A stretch of DNA of 64,000 nt from Cystobasidiomycetes sp. EMM_F5 (GCA_051047955.1 JBPGPT010000003.1:1-64000); one strand, 5' to 3'. Shown: positions 26,805 to 39,784, counted from the stretch's first letter. The notes: generated by a model not told the origin, from the sequence alone. Numbers and translations are program-made.

Positions 26805-27808
26805 TCAGTATTCTCCGCCCTCGTCTCCGCCATCACCAATCCCATCATCGTTAGAATCCTCCCCAGCATCGAAGTAATTGTTGTCGTAGTCTCGATTCTC
26901 CTGAGCATCGGCGCCGTGAGTGAATATTGAAGGTTCTCTCGGCAAATCAAAGCGAGACTCGCCTCTTCATCGTCAAATTCATCAGCTTCTTCCTCGTCTT
27001 TTTCGTCGCCGGATCGCGGTTGTTCGTCGTTGTCCTGTGAGACAGTAAATCCAGCATTAGCATAAAGTTATATCCGAGTGAGCACGCGTACCTTGGCATC
27101 GTCTTCTCCGTCTGCGCCTTCCTCTCCGCCGACAACGTCCTTCGTCGCCTTGGCCACCTTCTTATGCTTCTTTCGCGCTAGGAGAGGCAACCTTTCAGTC
27201 GTTCCCCTGTCAGATACAAAGCCGCGGCATAAGATACGCACTGGATCTGCGCTCTCCGTCGAAAAATGCTTTCCACGTCAGGTTCGGAAAAAACTCTGCG
27301 TTCAAGCGAGCTTTCTGTTCTGCATCAGCTAAGCTGGGTAGTTTTTCGACCGGATCTTCGTATCTATCCGAGTATTTCACTGTACCAGCTGTTGAGACGT
27401 GCGGCAAATCAGCGCAATCCATGCACGCAGCCGTGTGTGTATGACTTGCCATCTTTTTCTTCAGGTATTGCTACGTGGTAGGCAGAAAAACGTAACTGCT
27501 TGAGATAAGATTGATAGTATCTCTGGCCCCTCTGCTCCCTATGCGTCGGTTCTTGCCAGTCGGGCAGACCTTGCTTCTGATTTCGCGCAAACAGAGGACA
27601 AATTTAGAACGTCGTTCATATAGGTGTACAAACCTGAACAGCCGCTACGTACGGGAAACAAGCTCTTCTTGAGTTCCTCCTTGCCAGCTTCAATAACTTC
27701 CGTAAAAGAAAATCCTCCCATGAGAGAGCTGCCCGTCATAAACATCCCACCGCGACCAGTGCTGGGTCCGCCTCTGCCCCGTCCTCTGCCGCCGCCGCGA
27801 CCAGACAT
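26805..27808 (-). CDS. RPC31: RNA polymerase III subunit C31
   Basis: RGG-rich N-terminus, KYSDRY, FFP..W, and acidic C-terminus ending NDYDNNYFDAGED...GGEY*. Confidence 0.85.
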
Positions 27809-28087
27809 TATGCTTATGTGTGCGTCAACGGAAGTATTTCAGAGCGATTGGTCTCGCAATAGTCCTCGAATGATATTGCGACCTGTGACGGTTTCGAATT
27901 CGGGATGCGTCAAAGCGAAGACGTATCATGGACAGCAGCCTGCATATTCATCGAGCGAGGTTGTGGAAAATCATTCGATTGTAGAGTCGAGAGCCTATGT
28001 TGTCAAGTATCGTCTTGAGGAAGAAGGGGTGGCAACGGGGTCAAGGCTGTTTTGCTATAATAATTGTACAATGAACACGATGCGAGG

Positions 28088-29802
28088 CTAAGGCAACAGA
28101 TTTTGTAATGGCGGTTCCCTACATTCTCTCTCCCATGTTTCGTTTGTCATAGTAACAGATCTCAATGCTGCTTGGAATGCTGCCACTACGGAGAACACAC
28201 CGTGTCAGCAAGGCTTTCAAGAGCAAGTAAGGCGACCCTCTCACAAGTGCAGACTGTTCCGTCGCTTCCTTCTAGATGGTCTCCAGGCGCCGCGCATCCA
28301 GGAATTCTGACGTCCTGGCTGTTGTATCGCAAGCGCACAAACGCATCATCATCGCTAACGGTCTGAGGTCGATGACCAATTCCCACGCTATGAAGCCATC
28401 CCTTTGACGACGTTGGTTTCGTGGATGGTACTTCTCGCTTGAACAGCTCCACACTAATGTAGGAAGTAAATGCTGGCCATTTGTCATCGTAGCAGCCAAG
28501 AGATTTGAGCATTCCGCCAAGCGTCGTGTCGTGACATCCATACAGCGCCAGCTTGAGCTTAGCGGATGGATCTCGCACCCGTGCACGAAATCTCTCCAGT
28601 AGATCTCCCCACAACCGGCCCATAGCTAATTGAGCGAATTGACGGGATGAGTAGGCGTTGAACCATTCGTACACAATGGCGTTTTCCTGGGTATACCGTA
28701 AATGGTGGTAAGAAGTCACTATAAAGGTAATCGTACGCACCATGGTACTCGATACCGTCGAGTCCGAAAAGATGGCAGGCACACCGATGCCGTGCGCTTG
28801 ACACGACTTTATGGTGTCAAAAACGCCATTAGCGGAAGGATGGCTGCCAATCCTGATTGGCCTAGAAAGACAGTCAGTTATGGGAGTGATATTTGTAGCA
28901 AGAGTGACTGACACGCCGACAGTCTTTCCAACAGACGCGTCCAATGGCGCGAGAGTAGCCTCGTCGTATTGCTGGGCTGCACGTTTCTTGCCTTGTTGAT
29001 CTAACAGTCTTAAAGTCGAGCACGAGCCAGTGTTGGGATACAACGACTCTTCATTTATTGATCTGGATAGGGTTCAGTCCCACTTGATAGCCACGCTGTA
29101 GGGAACGCATTCCCACCTGCAGGACGTTTCCGGGGTAAAGGCCGACGTCTGCTTTGGAATGAGGCCTTGTATACATTGCTGTAGGGACTCCTGCGCTCGC
29201 GGGACAGCGGTACTTCGGAAATGAAAGAGCTCGACGTCCTCTGTCTGTAGCGAAGCCGGTAGGAATTGCAACCTGAAACGATTCAGATTTGTTAGCCATA
29301 TGTGGACGAGGATATGCCTGGGATTCGTTCAGCTCGCCTGTTGACGTAAAGCTCACGCAATTGCTGTCCCAACCGTAACGTGCTTGTACGGCCCAAATTT
29401 GTCAGCTCGCCGAAGTAGCACTCGTTGACGTCTCCTGTTCTGACGGAATTGGTGCCACATGTGCTTTCTAAACGTCGCCGAAGGAGCAGTAATTGCGTGG
29501 ACTGTCGGCCTCCATCATTAATCACGCCAGCACCAAACTCGCGACCAGCTCCGCATAGTGAGAAGCGTTCGGGTATTCCAAGGTGGACGAGGCGTTTTCG
29601 AACGGGGGTCCTCTCGCCTGCAGTGCAATCCGCATCAGCAATTGGCTACAATTCAGCGGAGCGCGAGGTAGCGATGTATCAGCCTACCATGTCGAAAGAA
29701 CCAGTGCGCTGAAAGCAATTCCAAGCCGTCTGGGAGTCGAAGATTTGGAATTTCATCATAATTAGGTGGATAGCCAGGAGTGGGAGCAGGTTTTGCTGCC
29801 AT
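28088..29802 (-). CDS. Histidine acid phosphatase (ACP6-like)
   Basis: RHGERTP (split by an intron), GELTNLGR, RSTAVPRAQESLQ, catalytic GCHDTT, WPAFTSYISVELF. Confidence 0.9.
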
Positions 29803-30001
29803 GTTAGGTGCGCTCTGTAGAAGCTTCTAAATCATGTTGCATTCGCTGTCATGCGTGCATGCTCGGGGTCGCGTGGAACAGTCGCAGTCTGTGCAATCAA
29901 GCAATGAACACATACAATACGACAAGAGTGGTTAAGATCGACCCACATCGCCCTCCTCTAGTATCAATCTCTAAGTGTCTACTTGGAATGCGCGAGCAAA
30001 T

Positions 30002-31683
30002 TCACCTTTCGCCTTCAAGGCGAGTGACGGGGCCAGGGCTGTCATCATCTGGAAAGAATGCGTCTTGCAAGTTCGCTATTGCGTTCAATACATCTAATGC
30101 TGTGGCTTGACCTATCTGTGTATGCTCTGAATATTGGGTCAGCCGCTTGCGACGCCGTACGTACAAGGGCCATCACCTACTTGTATATTGCTCCGTCCAA
30201 TTCCGTCCGTACAGCTTTGGGTGCGTTTTCGAGTCGCTGTTTAGTTGTGTGAGGCCATGGTATCTATGAAACACATCAGCATGAGAAAGGAGACCAGACG
30301 AGAGCGGGGCATACTGTATGATAACGAAGCGGTGTATGTCAGCAAACAGCTCCGGCATTTCGTGTATATACTCGTGTTGCAATAGCTGAGCCAAAGCCCG
30401 CATGAGGACCGCTTTGAAGCCAATCACATCGTTATTCTCATTGTTTGGACCGGTTCCTTCGTTTATTATGCCGTCCTTCCGATTCCAATGGGCGGTTCGT
30501 ATTGCAGTGGTAGTGGCAGAACAGGCTTTGGACCACCACTGCCGTCTGCGAGGCACTTGACACGAAGCTAGGAGTGCGCATGTGGCTATGTATAATCCTT
30601 GATTGTACGTAAACTTCCAATCCACCAGGTGTCCATTCCTTGAGTCCATGTGATCTTTGATCAAGCCAGTTGCCTCATCAAGTAAATGCGCCTCGATCCA
30701 CTGCAAGGATACTTCTGCTTGATGTGCATACGCCTCGAGTCCCGTTGCCAGAGCGAGCTCTGCACACAATCTGCCGGCTGATGTAAGATATAGTGCGGTA
30801 TGCTCTTTAAGCTGTACGCCTACTGTGCGAAGAGACCAGTAGATACAGCATTCACATCCGCATCAAACTTGTCGTTCTTCCAATAGACACCTGGAAGTAA
30901 GGCTATCAGTAAGCCTCGCAAATCACAATTACTCGTCTAATCACCTCCGACTGCGGATTTTCCTCGATAGCGCCTGTGAAAGTTTACCGAATCGTCTTTG
31001 CAAGGTAAGTGTAAATTGTTGCCCTTGGTTGGGAGTATGTCACAATCGCGAATGAGTCCATGAGCCTTTACATACTGGCGATTGGGTCAGATTCTGCTGG
31101 TAGCTCTGATGATTGTCTGGGAACTGACATCGCAACACTGCGCCGCCCACCGCAAGTACGTCTCTTTCTCAAGAGTGTAGGTCTTGTTCGCCTGCACGCA
31201 AGCCAAAGCCCACCATAGGAGATCATCGTTGAATTCGTTTATGAACGGAGCGTGCTTGCTGAAAGCTTCCCAAACATGACCTTCGAAGCGAGTAGTGGTA
31301 TTGATCAGATCGTGGTTGACAATCGTTGTCCAAGCGTTCTGTTGCAGAACAACGATTAGCACCATTCAGGAACAATGAACAATGGAGCTGGCAGGCGGAC
31401 GTACCGCCTGTTGCCAATAGCCTAACCCGCTCCAGCCATGAATCGTGTCATCGAGCTCGTCAATTAAGGCGTCGAACGATCCAGCCGTCAGTGTCTGAAT
31501 CGTAGCCTTCGTACGGCATAGCTGCACCATAGGATAGTGCAAGCGGGTGTCAGGATCCTGCTTCCGATACACAGAGTGATTAGCATCAGTTTGGTCTGAC
31601 ATGCGCACAAGCCAACCAACCTCATCAAGCGGCTGTTGGATCCTTCTGTCCTTGCGCTGGAGGCCGCAACAGCGTAGGAACAT
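30002..31683 (-). CDS. Glycoside hydrolase family 76 (alpha-1,6-mannanase-like)
   Basis: GYWQQA, NEFNDDLLWWALA (catalytic DD), GGVYW, TYNQGL, FKAVLMR, QATALDVLNA. Start codon uncertain. Confidence 0.85.
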
Positions 31684-32380
31684 GCACAGAACGGGCCTCA
31701 AAAGGTCCTACGCGCTCGCTGAGGACTGTCATCCAGCACGAACGATAAATCGCTCGCTCCGCAGGTGCCCCTTTGGCTCATGTTTGGGTTAGGCGGAATT
31801 CAATGACGTTGGAGATCAGGCTCTACCTGCGCTGTCAGAATATCGTGTCCAAACTGCGTCCGCTTCCAGGATTTATCTGAAGCAATGCTGATAGCACAGA
31901 GCCAATAACAACGAGCTGACGTGCAGTCACTGCTATAGCTACTGATGACTGACCCAGACGTATTCGTTTGCGCGTCATTCTCCGCGCTGGATCGTAAGCC
32001 GAAATTACGCACGTGGGTTTCTTTCTGGAGTCCGCCGAGCCCAAAGCCCAAGACTGCAGCAAGGCTTCAACCGCATCGACTTCCCAAGCAAGGCAACACA
32101 AGCAGCTGCAAGGTCTTGCTGCACAAGCTTGTGCTTGTCGCAGGCTCTACTCGTGGCAGATCAACGCTCTCAACGATTCTCGCGACGGGTACAGCCGCAC
32201 GCGATTCCTCATTTACCCGTCCGCCAAGTCCGAACAGGCGACAGAGACGCTTTGGTATTCACCACCGGAAGTCATCCCGGAGTGGAGTCCCCAGCTACGC
32301 AGGCAACAGAGCTCGTTACCCTTGAACTTTTGCTCAGCTCCAGCTTGCTTCGCATCCCATCGCGAGCTCTTCGGGACATT

Positions 32381-33214
32381 ATGTCGGCAGTATCAGGTCA
32401 ACACTGCTATCCCGACCGCGGGTTCTTCTGGGAAGAGACTGGCAAACACTTGCAAATAGTCAGCGAGCCAGAGTGAGTATCCAGCATGCTTACGACCTCG
32501 CGCTTCCGTCTATCGCTGACCTCGAGCGATTACCAAAACAGGCCCATGCCGAATTTCGGCAGGCACTCGACATGGTCCATCGTACACAAAGCTGACCAGA
32601 CGGACGACGAAACGTCTGGTAGCACTTCATCTTTGCACGACGCGGGTCCAGAGTTGTCAAATGGTTCCAATCAAGACTGCGAGACATGCTGCGATGATGC
32701 CGCAGAACGCTCTTGCTGCATCGGATACGATTGCAACGATGCGGACTGCCCTATCACTGCGCTGGAGTGTTCCTGCTGTAAGGAAGATGGGGAATGCTGG
32801 TCGCCTCTGCCCAGTGGCTCTTCGGCGAGATCCTACGACACATCGACCGTTGCCATCCACTCCATTTTCGACGATTACCCCATGTCTTCTGTGGAGGCTT
32901 CTCCGACCATCCTCACACGCATTCCCTCTTACGAGTTCCGTCCTCTGCACTACTATGAGCCTGCCAACCCGCATTTCCTCGACATCAAGCTCAAGTCCCT
33001 ACAAATGTCACAGAAGCGGAGGGAACGGGAGGAAAGCGAAGCCAAGACACTGCATGCCGATACCGAAGGTCCCATACACGAAGAGAGGTGGCAGCGTGCA
33101 CTACAATTCGCAGCATTTCATCGCACGGGCAGCGCTGGCAGCCTTGAGCAGTTGGATGATCCGGACACGGTTCCTTTTGGATTGCGCATCCTACTGCGGA
33201 GAGTTACCTTATGA
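32381..33214 (+). CDS. Hypothetical protein with an acidic Cys-rich cluster
   Basis: ATG at 32381. Intron 32473-32541 (GTGAGT...GCTGAC...AACAG) joins in frame to the long ORF ending at 33214. Confidence 0.6.
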
Positions 33215-33435
33215 ATGTTCGAGGGCACGAGACTGGCAATTACCATGTTGTTCATTGGGCCACCTTGTTATATTGCAAGATCAGAGCGTTGACGGTCTTA
33301 GCGGTATTTGACTATGGACACTAGTAGAAGCGAGCATGACAATCCGATATATGAGATATGCGTTCAATCATCAGTCTATGCTCCCAATGACCACAATTTG
33401 CCAATCGCCCTATTTCTTGTTTATTCCCAGCCAGT

Positions 33436-33538
33436 GCCACGTCGACGCTCTCCTTTCCCCCAATACCCGTGACGTGGCACATCCAATTTTCAGCAAAACA
33501 CCCCTTCCTGCTCAGCTCTGATTTGCAGCGACACGTCG
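33436..33538 (+). promoter_or_regulatory. UPRE-like bZIP sites upstream of the HAC1-like gene
   Basis: GCCACGTCG 33436-33444, TGACGTGGC 33470-33478, GACACGTCG 33530-33538, lying 100-200 bp before ATG 33641. Confidence 0.6.
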
Positions 33539-33640
33539 ACAGCTGCGCTGGTCGGAGAGCTTTAGCCCTGTCGGACTTCATCACCTACCTGTACTCCCCT
33601 CGTTTAAGCTCTCCGACCCAGATCTTCACCACTCCACGAC

Positions 33641-34808
33641 ATGCCCAAGCGAGCAAGAGAGGCGTCCATCGCCTGCTCATCGTCTTCGTACGACACTACC
33701 AGTGACCTATCCTTCGACACTCCTGCCAAACGCCGTGCAACTGCAGCTACCGTAAGTATACTTACGGCCCAATCCTTCGATCACGTTCCATGGAGCTGAG
33801 GCGGTGTATTCAACAGAGCCATGGACAAACATCGGCCAGTGCAGACAAGGCTGCGAGGCAAGAAGCACGTAAGGAACGAAACAGGATATCCGCTCAAGCC
33901 TCGAGGGATCGCAAGAAGTCTGAGCGAAGTGGAATGGAGGACAGGTTGGCAGAAGCTGAGCAACGCGTGGCAGAATTGACTGCAGAGAATGCTCAGCTCC
34001 GTGCTGAGGCCCTGCAAAGTCAACAAGCGCAGGCAGATCGGACCGCCGAAATGGAGAACCAGCTTCGAGCTTTCGAAGACCGGTTCAAATTGTTGGAAGG
34101 TCTCCTAAATATACAGAGCGCTGGCAATTTAACACCACAACCGCAACCACCCACCTCTATTCTATCGCCGCCCACAGTGTCGACTACCACTGCTACATCA
34201 TCACAGCAGCTTCCGCTCACGCACCTGCAATTGCCCTCGACCGCGTTAACTGGCAGCGAGACCCATGCTACGGGTATGCACTCGCTTGCACGTTCGATGC
34301 AGTCGAGAGTGGCGAAAGCAGTACCAGAGCCTACAGCGGCTATGATACCGTTACAGCACAATCAGCCGAAGCGCACAACGATCTCGGTCTCGGCTTCCTT
34401 TCCTTTGACTTCAACGCCGACATGCTCAATTATCAAACAAGTAATGCCGATGAGGTCTTCCACCCTTCGACCTACTCCCTCACGTCGACCTATCCTGCAG
34501 ACTTTGCGGACCAGACTTCGATACCGGAGGGACAGTGGTCCACGGCAGAAGCTCATCTTGACAATCAAGAAGCTTTAGAAGCACTCTTGGCGAACCTTGC
34601 ATCCAGCAACTGCGACGCCCAATCTGGGCAGGACGCCATGTTGGATGCTTTTACCGAACAAGTTCATCAGCAGCAGGAGCCATTCAGCACTGATCTCTTT
34701 GGCGATTTCGACTTCCAAGCCATCCTATCATCACACGTTCCGGCGCCCTCGCCCGCGATGTGGAACAACGGAAACGCCCTCGGCCTTGATCTTGGGATAG
34801 CCGCATAG
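33641..34808 (+). CDS. HAC1: bZIP transcription factor, Hac1/Hxl1/Cib1/XBP1-like
   Basis: ATG 33641 and spliceosomal intron 33752-33816. bZIP RKERNRISAQASRDRKK plus zipper. The unshifted frame ends at 34578 with a basic tail; an overlapping acidic/aromatic frame ends at 34808. Confidence 0.8.
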
Positions 34809-35423
34809 GGCATATCATTTGCACTCCCTTTCGACTTTTCTTCCCCCTCTCAGCCAATCTTTCCATCCTCACGATGCCGATTCCACAAGTACTCGTCATG
34901 CAAGAGGCTTTCCACGTCTGTCGCCCAGTGGCGTACGTATTGACACGGCGAATCAGGGTATCCGTACTCCTTCATCCCCGATATGCGTGCTCGCGCCCTC
35001 AACGAGGATGCCGCTGAGCTTACCGTATCGGAGGGTGCAGAGTGTGGACACCCCTTTCCCGTCCATTCAACCTCGTTACGTTCACGTTGATCAGTCGATG
35101 AGTTGGCAACTTCTTGTAAGCAAGCGGGAGTGTGGAGCGTTTGTCGTCGAAGGAACGGGAATTGAAATGTCTGATAGCCTTTGTTTGTAGCCTGTTGCTT
35201 ACATTCGTTGTATGTTAGCTTGGATAGTGGTGCCGCCAATGATAGAAGTCTCCTCGATTATCTTGTGCCTCCCCGGCTGGTTCGTTGGAGCATTGGCCGT
35301 TGATGTTCTACTCTACTATTGGGCACGGCGCAATTCCACTTCTTGCTTAACTATGCCCTCCCACGTCCATGCTGGAACTTACAGCAGGATGGTCATGTTA
35401 CTGACTGCTGATACAGTGGAGAT

Positions 35424-38400
35424 ATGAGCGAGCCGGTGTTGCCGCCTGCTCGGGCGCGGACGCCGACAGCCAGCACCCATCATCACCCACGCAAGAAGCT
35501 GCTCAATAGGCTACACGCTATCGTATCAGGGCCTAAACGTCTGCTAGGTAATCCGACACCTCCAATTCTCGACCCATACACTCCAAGCGGTGGTAGCGAA
35601 ACATCGTCATCGGTCAATAGTAATCTTGGCGAGAGTGATGACGACGAACAACAGTCATCGTCCAAACGTACCGCTCACCTGGATGACCAAGGCGAGGATG
35701 GACGAGCGGAGAGACGGAGAGGTCGCTCAGGCACGGCTTTGCCAATGGCTATACAATCAGCAGCTGCATCATCGAACGCAGGCAGGGCTCCACCGCTATT
35801 CAGAAGCGATTCTGCGTATAGTTCTCGCGTAGAACATATAATCGACACGGAGACGCCGCAACCTCCGGTAATCATCAGACCCCACTTTAAAATCCGTATC
35901 GTAACTTGGTGGGTAGTGAGATGAACGATGGCGGCAGCTCAATCAGTGACTATCCAACTGATCTCAGGAATATGCACGACTCTTTACCTTCTGGCGATTT
36001 GACAGAGCTGATGGGCCACAATGAAGGACCGAATATCAAAACGAGTTGCTCCAATCTTGAAAATGATAGCACTAGACCGACATCAGGGGCCAATGTAACA
36101 ACATCTGAATCTTCAGGATACGGCGGAGAATCTGGCAATCCTGATAATGATCAATTTGGCATACTCTCGGACAAATCGCCATATCATTTGGTAGTCGTGG
36201 GCGGCCAAGAAGTCCCGGTAGGTGGTATGGGATGGAATATGCCCAACTGGACGGAGGTTGTACAATCCTGGTTGGACGGCGGACAGCAATTCGCTCAGCA
36301 GAATTCTACGGCTGCAATGCGCCGAGAATCACAAGTACCAAGCGACACTGAAGGAAGGGCGGTGTCGCCATCTAGCAACCTACATGTGGCAGAGCAAGCC
36401 CTTTCCATGAGCGATAGCCCAATCTCGCCGCCCGTGTCGTCCGCCTCAGCGAGTTTTCCCGATGCGGCCAGTCCTCTTCTGCGAACAGAGGATCAAGTCT
36501 CAATCAATGCGAACAAAGATGCTGGCTCAGACAGTGCGGATCGTACACCGCAAGAAGCGCATTCCACCCCCTTTGCGCACACGAACGGGGAGTGGCCAAA
36601 GATAGACGACGAGGCGGTTGAGTCTGATATGCCTAATGAAACCGCCTTAGACGTTCAAGACGAACGTCTTTTACCCACTGCAGGAATCCGAGACCGCATT
36701 GGCGTTGAATCCACTACGATGCTTTCTCCTGTTCGCACGGAGGGTCTGTGTGCAATCCCAGCGTCTCAAGTTCCAAGTCCACTGTTACAGCCGATGATAC
36801 CCGCAAAAGATCGGGAGAAACGAGGCAGTATTACTGCTGCCATGCTTGGAGGCTTGCGGTCAGACAAGGATCGACTTCGGGATAAGGAAAAGGATAGAAT
36901 GAAAGACAACCAAGAAGCAGAGCGACGGCAAAGACAGGCAAACTCAGCTTACATACTAGTTACCAAAGAACGCCTGATGGGCATCTACATCAGCATATGG
37001 GTGCACAGAAGCGTGCAGCATCTCTTGCGAGGCAGCAGCACCGGCACTGTAACTGCAGGCTTACTAGCGGGAAAACTCGGTAATAAAGGCGCCGCATGTG
37101 TCGCTGTGCACATGAATGCATACTCCGGTCCTAATTTTGCCGATAGAAGTGGCGAAGACAGGTCATTGCGGCTGTTGTTCGTCTGTGCTCACCTCGCTGC
37201 GCATTCGGAAAAAGCGGCTACTCGGCAACAGAACGTGAACAAGATCAAAGAAGAACTCCTTATAGATACTTTCCGCGGTGATGAAACTCTGCGCAGTGAT
37301 GAAAGCAAAGAGGAGGCCAAGGAACGCTTACATCGAGAACACCGAGAGCGTGCAGATGCGCGTACTACCGATATCACAGATGCCTTTGACTACACTTTCT
37401 GGTTCGGAGATTGTATGCATATGCTTTCGCTCGCATTGGAGATATGCTCACACGGACACTTTCAGTGAATTTCCGTCTAAATATTTCCAGGCTGCACGCC
37501 GATTACCTCATCAATAAACAGAAAGACTATGCGACCGCCCTGTCGTTCGATCAACTGGCACCAATCCTGTGAGCGATCTTGTTGAGTCTTATAGTCGTTT
37601 CGTCCTGCTAATGTCAGCATTGTACACAGGCGAGACCCTGCCGGGTGTTTCAGCGGTTTTAAAGAAGCGCCAATCACCTTTCCTCCCTCGTATAAGTATG
37701 ATCTGATTAAGCTGAAACGCACGAAAACTTTGCAGAGAGCAAACACAACCTCATCAACCACTTCTTTACATCAACCCGAAGGACGCGCAGCCAAGGCCGT
37801 ATCAATGCAGCCAAGCGCATCGCGAACGACTCTTCCTATTAAAGAGTGCGATGAGTGTGCTATTGATGGCGAAGATGGCGAAGATGACGAAGAAGATGGC
37901 ATTTCACCTGTCGATGATCGCAAGACGGTGGCTAGCTCTAAAGCGTCTATCAGATCCTCGTACTCGATGACCGATCGACAGCTCGATATCATTCATCAGC
38001 ACAGTGTCGTGTCGAAGAAGTCTACGCCAAATTCTCCTATTCCCACTGCCGAGAAGCTAGCAGACAGCGCCAAAAACTTCTTCAACATTCACCGTCCACA
38101 AAGTGTCCTCGCTCGCGTCACTTCCTCATCGTGTGCAAATGATGCTGCAGCTCGTCTCGAGACAGGGGCCGAAAGCCTACCTGCTTCGAGTCCTGATCGT
38201 GCTGCAACTGATAATCTTGCCTCGGCGGTCCAGATCACTGCTACAGGCAACGATGTCGGAGGTGTCTCGGAGCTCAACGAGAACCCGCAAATTTCGGTAT
38301 CCTCGCCTCAATCACCTCGATATTTCACGCGCCCGATCTTGCCACGCATGAGGACCAGTACCACTATCACATCAAGCTTTGATGTTACTAGAGCGCCCAG

Positions 38401-39784
38401 TCGCAATTCATCAAGGAGGGAGACAGGCACCTTAGATGAAGAAGAGGCAGTCTTTGACACATCAAGTAAACAAAGGGTGCAAAGCTGGACTGATCGCATA
38501 CTGTACAAATCGACCATAAAAACTGTGACCGAGCTGCAGCAGGAAGCGGACGCACGCGAACAAGCGGAAAGAGAATCTCGGCATCTGGGTAGTGTTTTGC
38601 TTGATTCTCTGCGTGGCGTTAGAAGGACACTGACTGGCCATGGGAATGAGCCCAGTGCCACAACTAGTCCTGCCATCGATGTTGACGTCAAACGCAAGCT
38701 ACTGTCGCGGGTCACTTCTTTCAGTGAATCGCATCAAAGAAATGATAAGAGGGGGCTGGCACCCTCAACGACGGTGATCTCCGCCCTACCAAGTGCATCG
38801 CAGGTCTCGCTGTGCGATGACGTAGCTTCGCGATCGAATCACCGCGTCAGACAGCGTCTCGGCAAGCTCTTCCGGCGGAATAGCAGTGACCTGCAAGTCG
38901 AATTGTCCGAGAGCAGGGGCACCCAGAGAAAATCCGTGGATGATGTCAATCTTCAACGACGGGCGTCCTCCTCGCATCGCAACGGACCTTTCCTATCGTC
39001 TGGCTTGCGGAGATCTACGTCAGTCCGCTCTACGGCCTCTATGCATGCAAAAGATGCGCCGGGAGCACACACTCAGCCCCCTTATCGTCCGCTACCAAGC
39101 ACTAACACGCTTGTATCGAATTCGGCCTTGAATGCAGGTCGAGTTGACACAATCGCTTTACAACGAAGTGCGCATGTGGAAGGAAGCTCGCCTATTCCCG
39201 AAACTGGTGGATGGGTTGATGGGCAGACAAATGGTGTCGACGATGATGCTTCGTCCCTCGTTCCAAGTCCAGGCGCATTGACTGGTGACGGCGTTTGCCA
39301 AGACACGATCATTCATAACCGACGGTCGACAACTCCACTTCCTTCATACGATCACAAGCAGACCGATACAGTCCATTCAGCACATCCAGTGGCATCAGAT
39401 ACTCGCCCTTTGCCCACTCGGATCACCCTCGCGCACGCCAGCACTGTTCCTGTCCGCACTATGGGAATGTCTCCCGAACACAACGAAGTCGGCGGCGGTG
39501 CTTTGCGGCAGTGGTGGAACAGTCACAACTTGCACATTCCCTTTTTCGCGCATCACAATCAGCCGTCAATCTCTGCCAGTCTGGCCGATGAGAGTTGCAC
39601 TCCTCCGAGCATGCCTTCAAATCTTTCCGAACCTCTCGACATAGCAGTAACACTTCCACGCCTAGTGGGGCCCGAAAGAGGTGAAGTGCAGTGCTTAAGT
39701 TATCAGTCCATTCATGATTTAGTACGTATGCAAGCATTATCAGATCATCATCCTGTTGTTGCTACTTTTGCTGTAGGCCTGTAG
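35424..39784 (+). CDS. Inositol polyphosphate 5-phosphatase
   Basis: IRIVTW/NM, GGQE, GNKG, CAHLAAH, FWFGDLNFRL, FPPSYKYD, SWTDRILYK, SDHHPV. Confidence 0.92.

Noticed and set aside
28688..28915. Apparent insertions in the acid phosphatase ORF
   Set aside because: Stop-free 3n introns with normal splice signals; no evidence for regulated retention.
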